Under the pieces are notes generated by a model, which saw only the letters and a program-made list of their open reading frames with translations, had not been told where the DNA came from and ran no database searches. Of a DNA stretch of 44,414 nt, positions 9,015-17,147 are shown one piece after another. The stretch comes from a virus (taxonomy: Duplodnaviria > Caudoviricetes), in the IMG/VR virus record IMGVR_UViG_3300007354_000003, positions 1 through 44,414 of that record; one strand, 5' to 3'. The first letter of the stretch is position 1. Every line of letters begins with the position of its first letter. The translations under genes were made by a program, and so were the position numbers.

Positions 9015-10591
9015 GGTGAAGCCTCCTCGGTTTTCGGTAACTCTAGCACGGCCCCGGTCCCAGCGCCCTTGGCCATGCCCACCCACCAGAAGATCGTCGC
9101 CCAGGCCCAGTGGTCCGGCCCCCGGCGCTCCCAGCGCCGGACGCGCTGGCCGGTGGACTCGTCCTCCTGCTCCACGGCGACCATCGCCTGCCAGTGCGCG
9201 ATGTACTCCCGTGTGCGCGGCTCGCCGGCCGGGAGCCACCACTTCACGCGGTCGGCCGCCATGTCGTCCACACAGCGGTCCACAGTCATCGTGCGGAAGA
9301 TGGTGAGGACGCGCTTGTCCTTCGCGTTCGGCTGGCACCAGTCAAGAGTCCGCGGCCGACGCGCGTCGTCGGCGGTATCGACGGGCACCACGCGGCCGGG
9401 GAAACGGCGCATCAGGCGGTAGACGGCTTCGCGCTCGGGGTCGAGGTCGATGTAGACGCGCGCGGGGTCGAGCGCGGCGATGTGGGCCTCCAGGGCCCGC
9501 CAGTCCTCGCACGCGTCGGCGCGCAGGATGCCGTGGCGGTTGCCCGTCACGGCATAATGGCCCGAATACCCCTGGTCCACGCCCATGACCAGTCGGTCGA
9601 GCGCGGGCGGCGCGCCTTCCGCGATGTTGCGCGCGATGATGACGTCGAACGGTTCACCCGCGCCACGGTGGTAGGGGACGCCCAGGACGAAGTTGTGGAA
9701 GTACTCGGGGTCCTTGGCCGACTCCTTGATGATAGTCCCGGCGTCAATCCATGGTGCGGCGAGTTGGGAGAGCCAGTAGCCCGACACCTCGCGGCCCGGG
9801 TACTTCGCCACCCATCGGCCGGTAGTGCGGTCGAGTTCGCGGCCGCAATGGACGCACATGAAGCGTTTCCGCTCCATGTCCACTGACGCTGGCCACTCGA
9901 GGTATTGCCAGCCGCCCCAGTTCCCGCGGCCACACTCGCACTTGATGAACCAGTGCTTCTGGTCGCTGGCTTGCCACAGGCCGTCGATGTTCTGCGTGGG
10001 GTCCGTCACAACGCCGGGGACGGTGGGGTTCGAGAACCGCCACTTGTAGCGATGGGCCGACGCCCCGAGCCGGCTGTCGAAGAACCCGACGATGCGGAGG
10101 TTGCCGCGGTCATACTCGTCATGCGAAACGCCATCGGCCACATCGGAGATCGGCGAACGCTCTGACTCTGTCGGCCGGAACCAGAGCCAGCCCTTCCCGA
10201 TACGTTTGGCGTGTATCTCGTCCTCGTGCACCAGCGGCGCCAGGGCTGGATTGAGCCGCAACAAGGCATTACAGACTGCCTTGACCTTGTTCTGGAGCAG
10301 CTGGTCGGTCGGATAGCTGTAAATCCAGTTCAGGCCCTGGCGGACGCGATGAAGCGTCTTGATGTGGAAAATCAACGTGAACCCCAACTGCGCGGCCTTG
10401 CGAACGACGATCTCCCGCGCCAGGTCCCGCAAAGGCTGCACCAAAAACGGATGCCGCTCGAACGTGATCTCCGCGCCGCGCTCGTTGACCAGCCGCTCGT
10501 TGACGCACCAGACGTACGGGTCGCGCTCCGCGAGTGCGTCAGTTGCGCGCAGATACTCGATGTAGCCGCAGCGCGCGGGCACGTCGCTCAA
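9011..10591 (-). CDS. terL: Terminase large subunit, lambda GpA-like (start 10582-10615 uncertain)
   Basis: KAAQLGFT (Walker A), HDEYDR (Walker B), FSNPT, SDQKHWFIKCECG and CVHC Zn motifs, MGVDQG nuclease. Confidence 0.88.
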   Translation of the reverse strand: MSDVPARCGYIEYLRATDALAERDPYVWCVNERLVNERGAEITFERHPFLVQPLRDLAREIVVRKAAQLGFTLIFHIKTLHRVRQGLNWIYSYPTDQLLQNKVKAVCNALLRLNPALAPLVHEDEIHAKRIGKGWLWFRPTESERSPISDVADGVSHDEYDRGNLRIVGFFDSRLGASAHRYKWRFSNPTVPGVVTDPTQNIDGLWQASDQKHWFIKCECGRGNWGGWQYLEWPASVDMERKRFMCVHCGRELDRTTGRWVAKYPGREVSGYWLSQLAAPWIDAGTIIKESAKDPEYFHNFVLGVPYHRGAGEPFDVIIARNIAEGAPPALDRLVMGVDQGYSGHYAVTGNRHGILRADACEDWRALEAHIAALDPARVYIDLDPEREAVYRLMRRFPGRVVPVDTADDARRPRTLDWCQPNAKDKRVLTIFRTMTVDRCVDDMAADRVKWWLPAGEPRTREYIAHWQAMVAVEQEDESTGQRVRRWERRGPDHWAWATIFWWVGMAKGAGTGAVLELPKTEEASP

Positions 10592-10994
10592 CCTCCGCCG
10601 CGACCTCCTCCGCACTCATCTGCTCGTACTGATGCGTGTGCTTGACCTCGCCGGTCACGTGGACCTCCGACCGCTCCACCCGCCGGCGCGCCTTCGCCAA
10701 ATAGTGCGCCAGCGCCACCAACCATTTCGTATGCGTCGCCTCGAGCATCTCCGGCGTCGCCCGGCGCGCCAGTTCCGCGAGGACGTTGGACTCTATCGCG
10801 TCTATGCGCCCCTCACGGAGCGCGTCGAAAACCTCTTCGTAGCCCGGATCGTCGCGGCACCAACGCCGGTGCGTCCAATACGCGATACCGGCCAGGCTGC
10901 ACATCGACTCAATCGTGAGGTCACCGCGCGAGGCCGCGAGTTCCAACATGCGCTGCTTAGCGGCGGTTTTCGGTGGCGCACCCACCGGCGGCAC
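10539..10994 (-). CDS. terS: Terminase small subunit (HTH)
   Basis: AGGAGG RBS; HTH-like IESMCSLAGIAYWTHRRWCRDDPGY; directly upstream of terL. Confidence 0.7.
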   Translation of the reverse strand: MPPVGAPPKTAAKQRMLELAASRGDLTIESMCSLAGIAYWTHRRWCRDDPGYEEVFDALREGRIDAIESNVLAELARRATPEMLEATHTKWLVALAHYLAKARRRVERSEVHVTGEVKHTHQYEQMSAEEVAAEVERRARALRLHRVSARN

Positions 10995-11014
10995 CTCCTA
11001 GAAAATGGCTCACA

Positions 11015-11176
11015 TTACCCTTCGCGCCCAAGTCGTGGCGGGGCGAACTCGCCGGCCGAGCGGCGAGGGATGGGGACGGGGGCTCGGTCGAGAAGGCCGC
11101 AACGATAGACGTGCGCGCCGAGTAGGACGCCAGCGAACGCAGTGAGGATGCTGAGGATTACGAGGACCAAAGTCAT
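11015..11176 (-). CDS. Small single-TM protein
   Basis: AGGAG RBS; MTLVLVILSILTAFAGVLLG hydrophobic helix. Confidence 0.6.
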   Translation of the reverse strand: MTLVLVILSILTAFAGVLLGAHVYRCGLLDRAPVPIPRRSAGEFAPPRLGREG

Positions 11177-11205
11177 CGAGGCAAGCTCCTGTCTACATTT
11201 TGTTG

Positions 11206-11234
11206 TTGACAAGCTGTTAACCATGCGATAAAAT
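11206..11234 (+). promoter_or_regulatory. Near-consensus sigma70/SigA promoter of the plus-strand island
   Basis: TTGACA-17 bp-TAAAAT. Confidence 0.85.
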
Positions 11235-11253
11235 AGGGCATGGAGGGATAGAG

Positions 11254-11562
11254 ATGCTTCGTATCCAGCGCGCGTCTAACCTTGCCGACCGCTTCGGCCG
11301 GTGCGCCATGCTCTACTCGCCGGCCAGAGACACCGTCTACATCGACCTGCCGCTCCTCCGCCGCATGCCGGCATGACGCCGTCAGCTCGTCGCGCTACTC
11401 GCGCACGAACTTGTCCATGTGTGGGAGTGGCATGTCCTCTGCCGCAGGGACCCGGAGGCATGGAACGCCATGCCGGACCCCGAGGCCCGGGCCGACCGGG
11501 CACAGGAGTTCGTGCTCCGACTATTGGGGCTTGGCAACCTCCGGGTCGTCTATCAGCAGTAA
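11254..11562 (+). pseudogene. ImmA/IrrE-like HExxH metallopeptidase gene with in-frame TGA at codon 41 (pseudogene or readthrough)
   Basis: GGAGG RBS; MLRIQ...TVYIDLPLLRRMPA*RRQLVALLAHELVHVWEWH...PEARADRAQEF...YQQ*; TGA at 11374-11376. Confidence 0.7.
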
Positions 11563-11577
11563 GCACTAAGCCCGCCA

Positions 11578-11597
11578 GGCCCGCGAAGGGGCCGGGG
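11578..11597 (+). repeat. 20-bp leader hairpin repeat, copy 1 (others at 11922-11941 and 13160-13179)
   Basis: GGCCCGCGAAGGGGCCGGGG identical in three copies, each ending 16-18 nt before an ATG with a GGAG RBS. Confidence 0.9.
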
Positions 11598-11615
11598 TGA
11601 GAGGAGGAGTCGGCA

Positions 11616-11915
11616 ATGGCCAGGTGGCCCGCAGGCACCACACAGGCCCGGCGCCCGTGTCCCCTCTGCGGTGGCGTAGTCCTATGTCTGACCGAGTACG
11701 CCCAACCCAATCAAGGGCGGGCCGGTACCCCCATTGGTTTTGTCGGCTACTGCAAGTGCGGCTGGCGCGGGGCCGAGGCCAAGCCGACTCGTCGGGCCGC
11801 CTTGGCATCCTGGTTCCGCACAGCGGCCCGCCATCGTGCGGAGTCCCGGACATGTACCGGGTTCAAGCCAGTTGCGCCGGGCCGATTTGTGGAGGTCCGG
11901 CAAGGTCACGGGTAG
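11616..11915 (+). CDS. Zinc-ribbon protein, Lar (restriction alleviation)-like
   Basis: RPCPLCGG...YCKCGWRG...ALASW pattern; GAGGAGG RBS. Confidence 0.6.
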   Translation: MARWPAGTTQARRPCPLCGGVVLCLTEYAQPNQGRAGTPIGFVGYCKCGWRGAEAKPTRRAALASWFRTAARHRAESRTCTGFKPVAPGRFVEVRQGHG

Positions 11916-11957
11916 CCCGCAGGCCCGCGAAGGGGCCGGGGCGAAAGGAGCGAGCGC

Positions 11958-12164
11958 ATGACAATCGTATGGTTCGACCCGCGCCAGGCACGCCGGGCTC
12001 GCCGCCGCGAACGTCCGACCCCGCGCCGGGTCGCGGAGCGCTGGGCGCGCGAGGACGCCGAACTCTTGGCCGCCGTCGGGCCGCTCGTGGAGTTGCTGGC
12101 CGGTCTGCAGCACCACAAGCGCGCCATCACTGCAGTACGGCAGGAGGTCGTCCCCCGTGTCTGA
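11958..12164 (+). CDS. Hypothetical protein
   Basis: AAAGGAG RBS after repeat copy 2. Confidence 0.6.
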   Translation: MTIVWFDPRQARRARRRERPTPRRVAERWAREDAELLAAVGPLVELLAGLQHHKRAITAVRQEVVPRV

Positions 12165-12477
12165 CATGGCAGAACCCCTAAAGCACCGCGACTTCGCGGG
12201 TCTGCTTCACTGGTTCCGCGAGCAAGCCCGTCAGTACGGCGAGATGGCCCGTCAGTGCGATACGCGGGGCTATGGCTCAAGTAGGACTGCCACCGCCTAT
12301 CGCGCGGCCGCCCAGACATGGGAGGATGCCGCCTCCCTACTCGCCTACGTCACGGGCCTCGACATCGAGGAGACCTTCGCCGACCTCGACCGCATCCTCG
12401 CCGCCAACCGCCGACGCATCATCGAGATCGCGCTGGCCGCCGCCTTTGAAGCGCAGGAGGTCGCCCCCCGTGGCTGA
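12157..12477 (+). CDS. Hypothetical helical protein
   Basis: AGGAGG RBS; overlaps both neighbours. Confidence 0.65.
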   Translation: MSDMAEPLKHRDFAGLLHWFREQARQYGEMARQCDTRGYGSSRTATAYRAAAQTWEDAASLLAYVTGLDIEETFADLDRILAANRRRIIEIALAAAFEAQEVAPRG

Positions 12478-12679
12478 CCGTTACGAGCAGTGCCCCCGAT
12501 GTGGGGCGTGGCGCAAGGCCGGGATTGAGCTATCCACTCACATCGCCGTTTGCGACAGGGTACGTTGCCCGCTGTGCGGCCACGGTGTCAATCCCAAATT
12601 TGAGCATGTCTGTCCTGGCACTCTCTGGCTCCCTGTTCGTCGCGTGAACGGGGTATGGGAGGTGCGCACCGATGCCTGA
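12470..12679 (+). CDS. Small zinc-finger protein
   Basis: GTG after AGGAGG; CPRC..H..C and CPLC..H.C. Confidence 0.65.
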   Translation: MADRYEQCPRCGAWRKAGIELSTHIAVCDRVRCPLCGHGVNPKFEHVCPGTLWLPVRRVNGVWEVRTDA

Positions 12680-12938
12680 CCGCCCTTGCATTGACCACAG
12701 CATCCTATCGCCTTCGGGCCGCGTCTCCGCCCGTGCCCGCCGCGCCGCTCTAGAGCGTGTTCGTCGCGAACTTTTTGGTGATGGTTTACCTTGGCCCACG
12801 CCAAGCCAACCCAGCGAAGCAGAAACTCTGCGCTACCGCATTCGCGACCTCGAAGAACTCGCCGAACGCGGCATGTCGCCTCGCAAGCACCGCGCCGAGG
12901 CTGCACGGCTACGCCAAGAACTTGAACAACTTGAATAG
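12672..12938 (+). CDS. Hypothetical protein
   Basis: GGGAGG RBS; 88 aa with C-terminal coiled coil. Confidence 0.65.
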   Translation: MPDRPCIDHSILSPSGRVSARARRAALERVRRELFGDGLPWPTPSQPSEAETLRYRIRDLEELAERGMSPRKHRAEAARLRQELEQLE

Positions 12939-12951
12939 GGGGCTGTATCCG

Positions 12952-13182
12952 ATGCCTGACCGCGCCGCCCTCGTCGCCGAACTCGTCGCCGCCGGCATGC
13001 CCCGCGCCGCTGCGGCGGATTACGTCGATCAGCGGCACGGCTGGGCGGATATCCGCCTGCGCCCGTACTACCGCCGCATTGCCGCCGCCCGCGCGGAGGC
13101 GGAGGGGCGGACGATACATGAGGTTGTCAGTAGTGCGATTGAGGAGTACTGCGCCCGCGGGCCCGCGAAGGGGCCGGGGTAG
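12952..13182 (+). CDS. Possible ribbon-helix-helix DNA-binding protein
   Basis: IRLRP...AARAEAEGRTIHEVVSSAIEEY resembles an RHH. Confidence 0.55.
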   Translation: MPDRAALVAELVAAGMPRAAAADYVDQRHGWADIRLRPYYRRIAAARAEAEGRTIHEVVSSAIEEYCARGPAKGPG

Positions 13183-13197
13183 AGAGGAGCGAGACAG

Positions 13198-13611
13198 ATG
13201 GCCAAAGCGATAGTCGCCCTAATCCCGGACCACAAGCCCAATCGGTACGCCGACAACATTGCCGAGGAGCGGCGGCTCATCGCCGTCTACGAGGAGCGCA
13301 TCCGGACACTCGGCGACATCCCCAGCGCGGTCGAGAGCGACAAGCGCGGCCTGGCCAAGCATCGAGCCGAACTTGAGCGCCTAGAGCGTAAGGCCGCCGA
13401 ACCCGAGACGCCGGACCGAATCGAGATTAGGGTCATCTACGCTTACGAGGTCAAGGACGCCCTTAAGGCACGCGGCTACTGGTACGAACCCGATGCGGCC
13501 GGCACCGTTTACAAGCCGATAGCGGGCTGGATTAAGACTTGCGACCGCGAGGCCGCCAAAGCCGACATTGTTTGGCTGCGCGAACAAGGCGTCGAGGTCG
13601 CGCAGGGTTAG
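13198..13611 (+). CDS. Hypothetical protein
   Basis: GAGGAG RBS after repeat copy 3; YEVKDALKARGYWYEP motif. Confidence 0.7.
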   Translation: MAKAIVALIPDHKPNRYADNIAEERRLIAVYEERIRTLGDIPSAVESDKRGLAKHRAELERLERKAAEPETPDRIEIRVIYAYEVKDALKARGYWYEPDAAGTVYKPIAGWIKTCDREAAKADIVWLREQGVEVAQG

Positions 13612-13639
13612 CATCCAAACCTAGAGAGGAGCAGGAGAG

Positions 13640-13894
13640 ATGACAACAACCTATCGCGAGGCCCTACAGCACCTTTACCGCCAAGGCTACGACATCCTGG
13701 AGGACAACGGCCAGACCCAGCCGCTGCAGGATGCTCTGGCCGTCATGTCCGGCTCAGAGGACGAGGGACCCGAGGTGGTCAGCGAGTACGAGGCCGACGG
13801 GGTCCAGGTCATCACCGAGCTGGATGAGGAGGGCTACCGCAAGACTCCCCCGCTTGCCCGAGTGTACAAGGACGAGGCCTATCTGCGCAAGTAG
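13640..13894 (+). CDS. Small acidic hypothetical protein
   Basis: AGGAG RBS; Asp/Glu-rich 84 aa. Confidence 0.7.
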   Translation: MTTTYREALQHLYRQGYDILEDNGQTQPLQDALAVMSGSEDEGPEVVSEYEADGVQVITELDEEGYRKTPPLARVYKDEAYLRK

Positions 13895-13909
13895 CAAGTG
13901 CGCCCTACC

Positions 13910-13941
13910 ACCCCCGCCCCACCCGGCGGGGGTTTTCTTTT
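13910..13941 (+). terminator. Intrinsic terminator ending the plus-strand island
   Basis: ACCCCCGCC...GGCGGGGGT followed by TTTCTTTT. Confidence 0.8.
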
Positions 13942-14126
13942 CACGCCGGGCCGCCCCGCACGGACGGACCCGGCCTCTTTTCACCCAGACACCCCAGGTG
14001 CGGCCGGGGCGCCGGTCGGATTCTCTGGCCCCGACGGTGGGGCCATTGCGCCGTAGCGCGTCGATGGGGCATAGACTCTCCCCACTATACTGTCTCATGC
14101 TCAGCAAGCCCTACGGTGGATGTTGG

Positions 14127-14151
14127 AGGAAATTACAAACATACACCGAAC
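14127..14151 (+). promoter_or_regulatory. Candidate SigH-type promoter
   Basis: AGGAAATT...; AGGA-N17-GAAC. Confidence 0.5.
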
Positions 14152-14174
14152 TCGACTTGCTGGAGGGGAGTAGC

Positions 14175-14423
14175 GTGGACAGAGAGACCTATCAAAAAGA
14201 ACAAGCACTTCTCGAAACGCTTAAGATAATCACCCAAGCCCAGAACGCGGCTCGAAAAGCAATGTTTTCTGGCTTCCTTTGGGCAGCCGCAGGAACTCTC
14301 ATCAGTTATCTGTCCTACCAGAGCGCCAACGCAGGTGATGTTTATTACATCTTGTGGGGTGCCGTCGTCTATGGCCTCATTCGTTTTGCGCGAGGCTTCT
14401 TTCTCTGGCTTAAGGTCGGCTAG
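14175..14423 (+). CDS. Two-TM membrane protein (moron-like, lower GC)
   Basis: GTG after GGAGGGGAG; two hydrophobic helices; YILWGAVVYG. Confidence 0.7.
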   Translation: MDRETYQKEQALLETLKIITQAQNAARKAMFSGFLWAAAGTLISYLSYQSANAGDVYYILWGAVVYGLIRFARGFFLWLKVG

Positions 14424-14429
14424 GAACCC

Positions 14430-14849
14430 TTAACGCCCATCTCTGCCATAGCACCTCACCGGCCCCGCCGGCGGCAACCGCTCCATCATCTCGCGCGTCC
14501 GCTCCCGGAAAGTGAGTGTCTTCTCCCGCACGTCCTCCCAGAACACCGCGCGTATGTGGCTCACGTACACCGCCCGCCCGCGCGTGCACAGCCGCGCCGG
14601 GTCGAACGCCAGCGCGTCCTGCGCGAACTCGTGTTCGATGTCTTCGGGCTCCGGTGCCGCCGCCAGGTCCCGCGGGCAGATGCACACGCCGCTCGGCTCG
14701 CCGCGCAGGGCGAGGTCCGGCCACATCCGCGCGACGTGCGCCGCCGTCATCGGCACCATGCGCGCGCCGCAGATCTCGCACAGCGGCGTGCCGTCCGCGT
14801 CGCGCCGGCCGAACCGTTCGCCGCCGTCAGCCCTCACTATGTCGGTCAT
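14430..14849 (-). CDS. Hypothetical protein (CxxC)
   Basis: AAAGGAG RBS; CEICG..CIC. Confidence 0.6.
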   Translation of the reverse strand: MTDIVRADGGERFGRRDADGTPLCEICGARMVPMTAAHVARMWPDLALRGEPSGVCICPRDLAAAPEPEDIEHEFAQDALAFDPARLCTRGRAVYVSHIRAVFWEDVREKTLTFRERTREMMERLPPAGPVRCYGRDGR

Positions 14850-15052
14850 CGGGCATCTCCTTTCTCCGAGTTACCAGTATAGAAACACACGAAGAGGACC
14901 CACCGAGAAGTGCAGACGGCCCTGCCCGCGCCAATAGTATAGCCGCCAGGCAAATGGCCGCAGAACGACTTCGAACCCGGCGCGCCCGAGCAAACCGTCC
15001 GCAGTAAATCCAAAACAGAGTTCACTGAGTGGTATAGTCCGCATCCCCTCAC
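14846..15052 (-). CDS. Hypothetical small protein
   Basis: Fills the gap with an ATGA overlap; reading frame ambiguous. Confidence 0.35.
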   Translation of the reverse strand: MRGCGLYHSVNSVLDLLRTVCSGAPGSKSFCGHLPGGYTIGAGRAVCTSRWVLFVCFYTGNSEKGDAR

Positions 15053-15055
15053 CCC

Positions 15056-15820
15056 CTATCCTGCTGGTTTCATCTCTTCGCGCACCCTGACCGGCTCGCT
15101 CCGCTGGAACTTGAACCGCACCCGGCGCGCGTCCATCACGCGCACCTGCGTCCGGCGCTCCCCGTCCCGCACGGCGTAGAGGTCCCCGCGCCGCCGCTCC
15201 AGGGCGAACCAACCAGGGAACGCCAGTTGCCCCATGCCCACTTCGATTTCCGCAGACACTCCGCGCCGGGCCGCGAACTCCGGCCGGTCGAGCACCACGA
15301 TCGCCGCGAGCTTCCGCCGCGCGCGCTGTATCGCGTTATCGACCGACCGCCACGACACGTCGAGCCGCCGCGCCGCGCTGTGGTACGACTCGTCGCCCAT
15401 CGCGCAGGCCTCGAAGCACTCGCGCTCCAGCGGCGTCAGTCCCGCGCGCGTAAGCCAGTCGGGCACGTCGTCGTTCTCAAGCTCTGAAATGCCCGGGTCC
15501 TCGCTACCGAGCATCTTCTGGAACGCGGATTCCGGCTCCTCTTCCGTGCCGACCGTGGGCATAGGCATGGGGAGCGGGAACCGCAGTTGCCGCCGCGCGT
15601 TCGACACCTCCGTCTGCACCCCGCGCAGGGCGGCGAGCTTGAGGAACGGTATCAGCTCCCCGCGCTCCGGTGCGTACGACCGCAGGGCGCGCGCGATGTG
15701 CAGCCACGCCCACTGTTCCACGTCGGCGCGCTCCTGGCCGGGGATGTAGTAGCGATGCGAGATGGAGCGGACCCAGGGGCGGAGGAGGGGTTCAGTGGAG
15801 GACCAGTCGGCTACGCTCAC
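15056..15820 (-). CDS. RNA polymerase sigma factor, SigH-like
   Basis: Region 2 YYIPGQERADVEQWAW..ALRSY; region 4 LTPLEREC..SYHSAARRLDVSWRSVDNAIQRARRKL resembles SigH; GTGA overlap start. Confidence 0.85.
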   Translation of the reverse strand: MSVADWSSTEPLLRPWVRSISHRYYIPGQERADVEQWAWLHIARALRSYAPERGELIPFLKLAALRGVQTEVSNARRQLRFPLPMPMPTVGTEEEPESAFQKMLGSEDPGISELENDDVPDWLTRAGLTPLERECFEACAMGDESYHSAARRLDVSWRSVDNAIQRARRKLAAIVVLDRPEFAARRGVSAEIEVGMGQLAFPGWFALERRRGDLYAVRDGERRTQVRVMDARRVRFKFQRSEPVRVREEMKPAG

Positions 15821-16173
15821 GCGCCCTCCGCCTCGTCCTCGTCCGGCGGCAGGAACTTGTCCAGCACGTCTTCGAGGTCGAACACGACCCACCGCTCCTG
15901 GTGCCCAGCGAACTGTATCAGCAGCCCGCCGATGCGCCCGGCTTGCGACCACGACGCGACCTTGAGAAGCTGTTCCCGCGTCACACGGTAGCTCGCCGCT
16001 TTGGTGTACTTGAGGTCCAGCACCAGGACGCCGACGCGCAGGTCCCCGTCAATCGCCCCCGCGCCCGACATGGGCACGCGCCACGCGTCCGGCGCGCCGT
16101 GCTCGCGGAGCCAGCGTTTCGTCCGATGCTCGGCGGCGATACCGCGACGGCGGTTGCGTGCAGCGAGACTCAC
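15817..16173 (-). CDS. Holliday junction resolvase-like PD-(D/E)XK nuclease
   Basis: RRRGIAAEH...RVPMSGA..GDL...LDLK. Confidence 0.7.
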   Translation of the reverse strand: MSLAARNRRRGIAAEHRTKRWLREHGAPDAWRVPMSGAGAIDGDLRVGVLVLDLKYTKAASYRVTREQLLKVASWSQAGRIGGLLIQFAGHQERWVVFDLEDVLDKFLPPDEDEAEGA

Positions 16174-17147
16174 GAGCCCGCCCCCACCAGGAAGTTCAGC
16201 GGGTCCTGCGGTCGCCCGCGGAGCCAGACCTCGAAGTGTAGGTGCGCCCCGGTGCTGCGCCCGTTGTTGCCGACGTAGCCGATGACGTCACCCGCACGAA
16301 CCCGGATGCCCACGCCCGATGCGACCTCGCCCAACGCCACGTTGAACCCGCTCACGTGGCCGTAGATGGTCCAGAGCATGGGGTTACCGGCCTCGTCGAA
16401 CTCATGGGCCACCTTGATGTAGGTGCCGAGGCCCGGGCTCGTGGGACTGTCGTTATTGCCCACTTCGACGACCCATCCGTCGCGCGGGCAGATGATCCCG
16501 TGGCCGAACGGCGCCGCGATGTCTATGCCGTGGTGCCGCCCGAGGCCGTCGCTGCCGAATTCGCGGCTGACGCACCCGACGGCCGGCCAGGGGAACCGCG
16601 CGTACCAGTGGTCACCTTCCGGCGTGCGGACGTACGCCTCCTCGCGGCAAACGCCGTTGGCGGGCACTTCGAGAGGAATCCACACTCGTTGCCCGGGCGT
16701 GAAGACCGCGTCCTCGCGGAGCCGGTTCGCCCGGGCGATGTCGGCCGCCGGCATCCTGAGGTAGTCGGCGAGGTCGGTGAGTAGCTCGCCGCCCTTCGCC
16801 CAGAACACTCGGCACTCCCACCGCGGGATTTCGAGCACCTCGCCGGGCATCATCTGGGCGTCCGGATTGCCGGCCTGGATACACTCGACGGACACGCCCC
16901 ATTGCCGGCTGAGACCCCAGAGTGTGTCGCCTTTCTCGACGACGTACCGGACGACCGGCATCGGCGGCGGCAGCGAAGGACTTGTCTCCGCCTGCGCGCC
17001 CGGTGTGGGCGCCGTCGACCTCAGGTCCGCGCCCCATGCCCGGCCGCCCGTCAGGACCAGCATGACGAGTATCAGGATGACCGGCCGGAATTTGACCGCC
17101 CGCTTCAACGCCTTCGTGTCATCGGCCATGCTCACCACTCCTCTCAC
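16170..17147 (-). CDS. Secreted LysM + M23 peptidoglycan peptidase
   Basis: N-terminal hydrophobic signal; LysM YVVEKGDTLWGLSRQWGVS; M23 HHGIDI, YGH, STGAHLHFEV. Confidence 0.9.
   Translation of the reverse strand: MRGVVSMADDTKALKRAVKFRPVILILVMLVLTGGRAWGADLRSTAPTPGAQAETSPSLPPPMPVVRYVVEKGDTLWGLSRQWGVSVECIQAGNPDAQMMPGEVLEIPRWECRVFWAKGGELLTDLADYLRMPAADIARANRLREDAVFTPGQRVWIPLEVPANGVCREEAYVRTPEGDHWYARFPWPAVGCVSREFGSDGLGRHHGIDIAAPFGHGIICPRDGWVVEVGNNDSPTSPGLGTYIKVAHEFDEAGNPMLWTIYGHVSGFNVALGEVASGVGIRVRAGDVIGYVGNNGRSTGAHLHFEVWLRGRPQDPLNFLVGAGS

Noticed and set aside
11374-11376. Genome-wide TGA recoding or selenocysteine
   Set aside because: Many genes end in TGA with ATGA/GTGA overlaps, no UCA-anticodon tRNA is present, and I could not identify a SECIS-like element
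11578-13179. CRISPR or mini-CRISPR array from the 20-bp repeats
   Set aside because: Spacing is 344 and 1238 bp with whole genes in between, not 30-40 bp spacers
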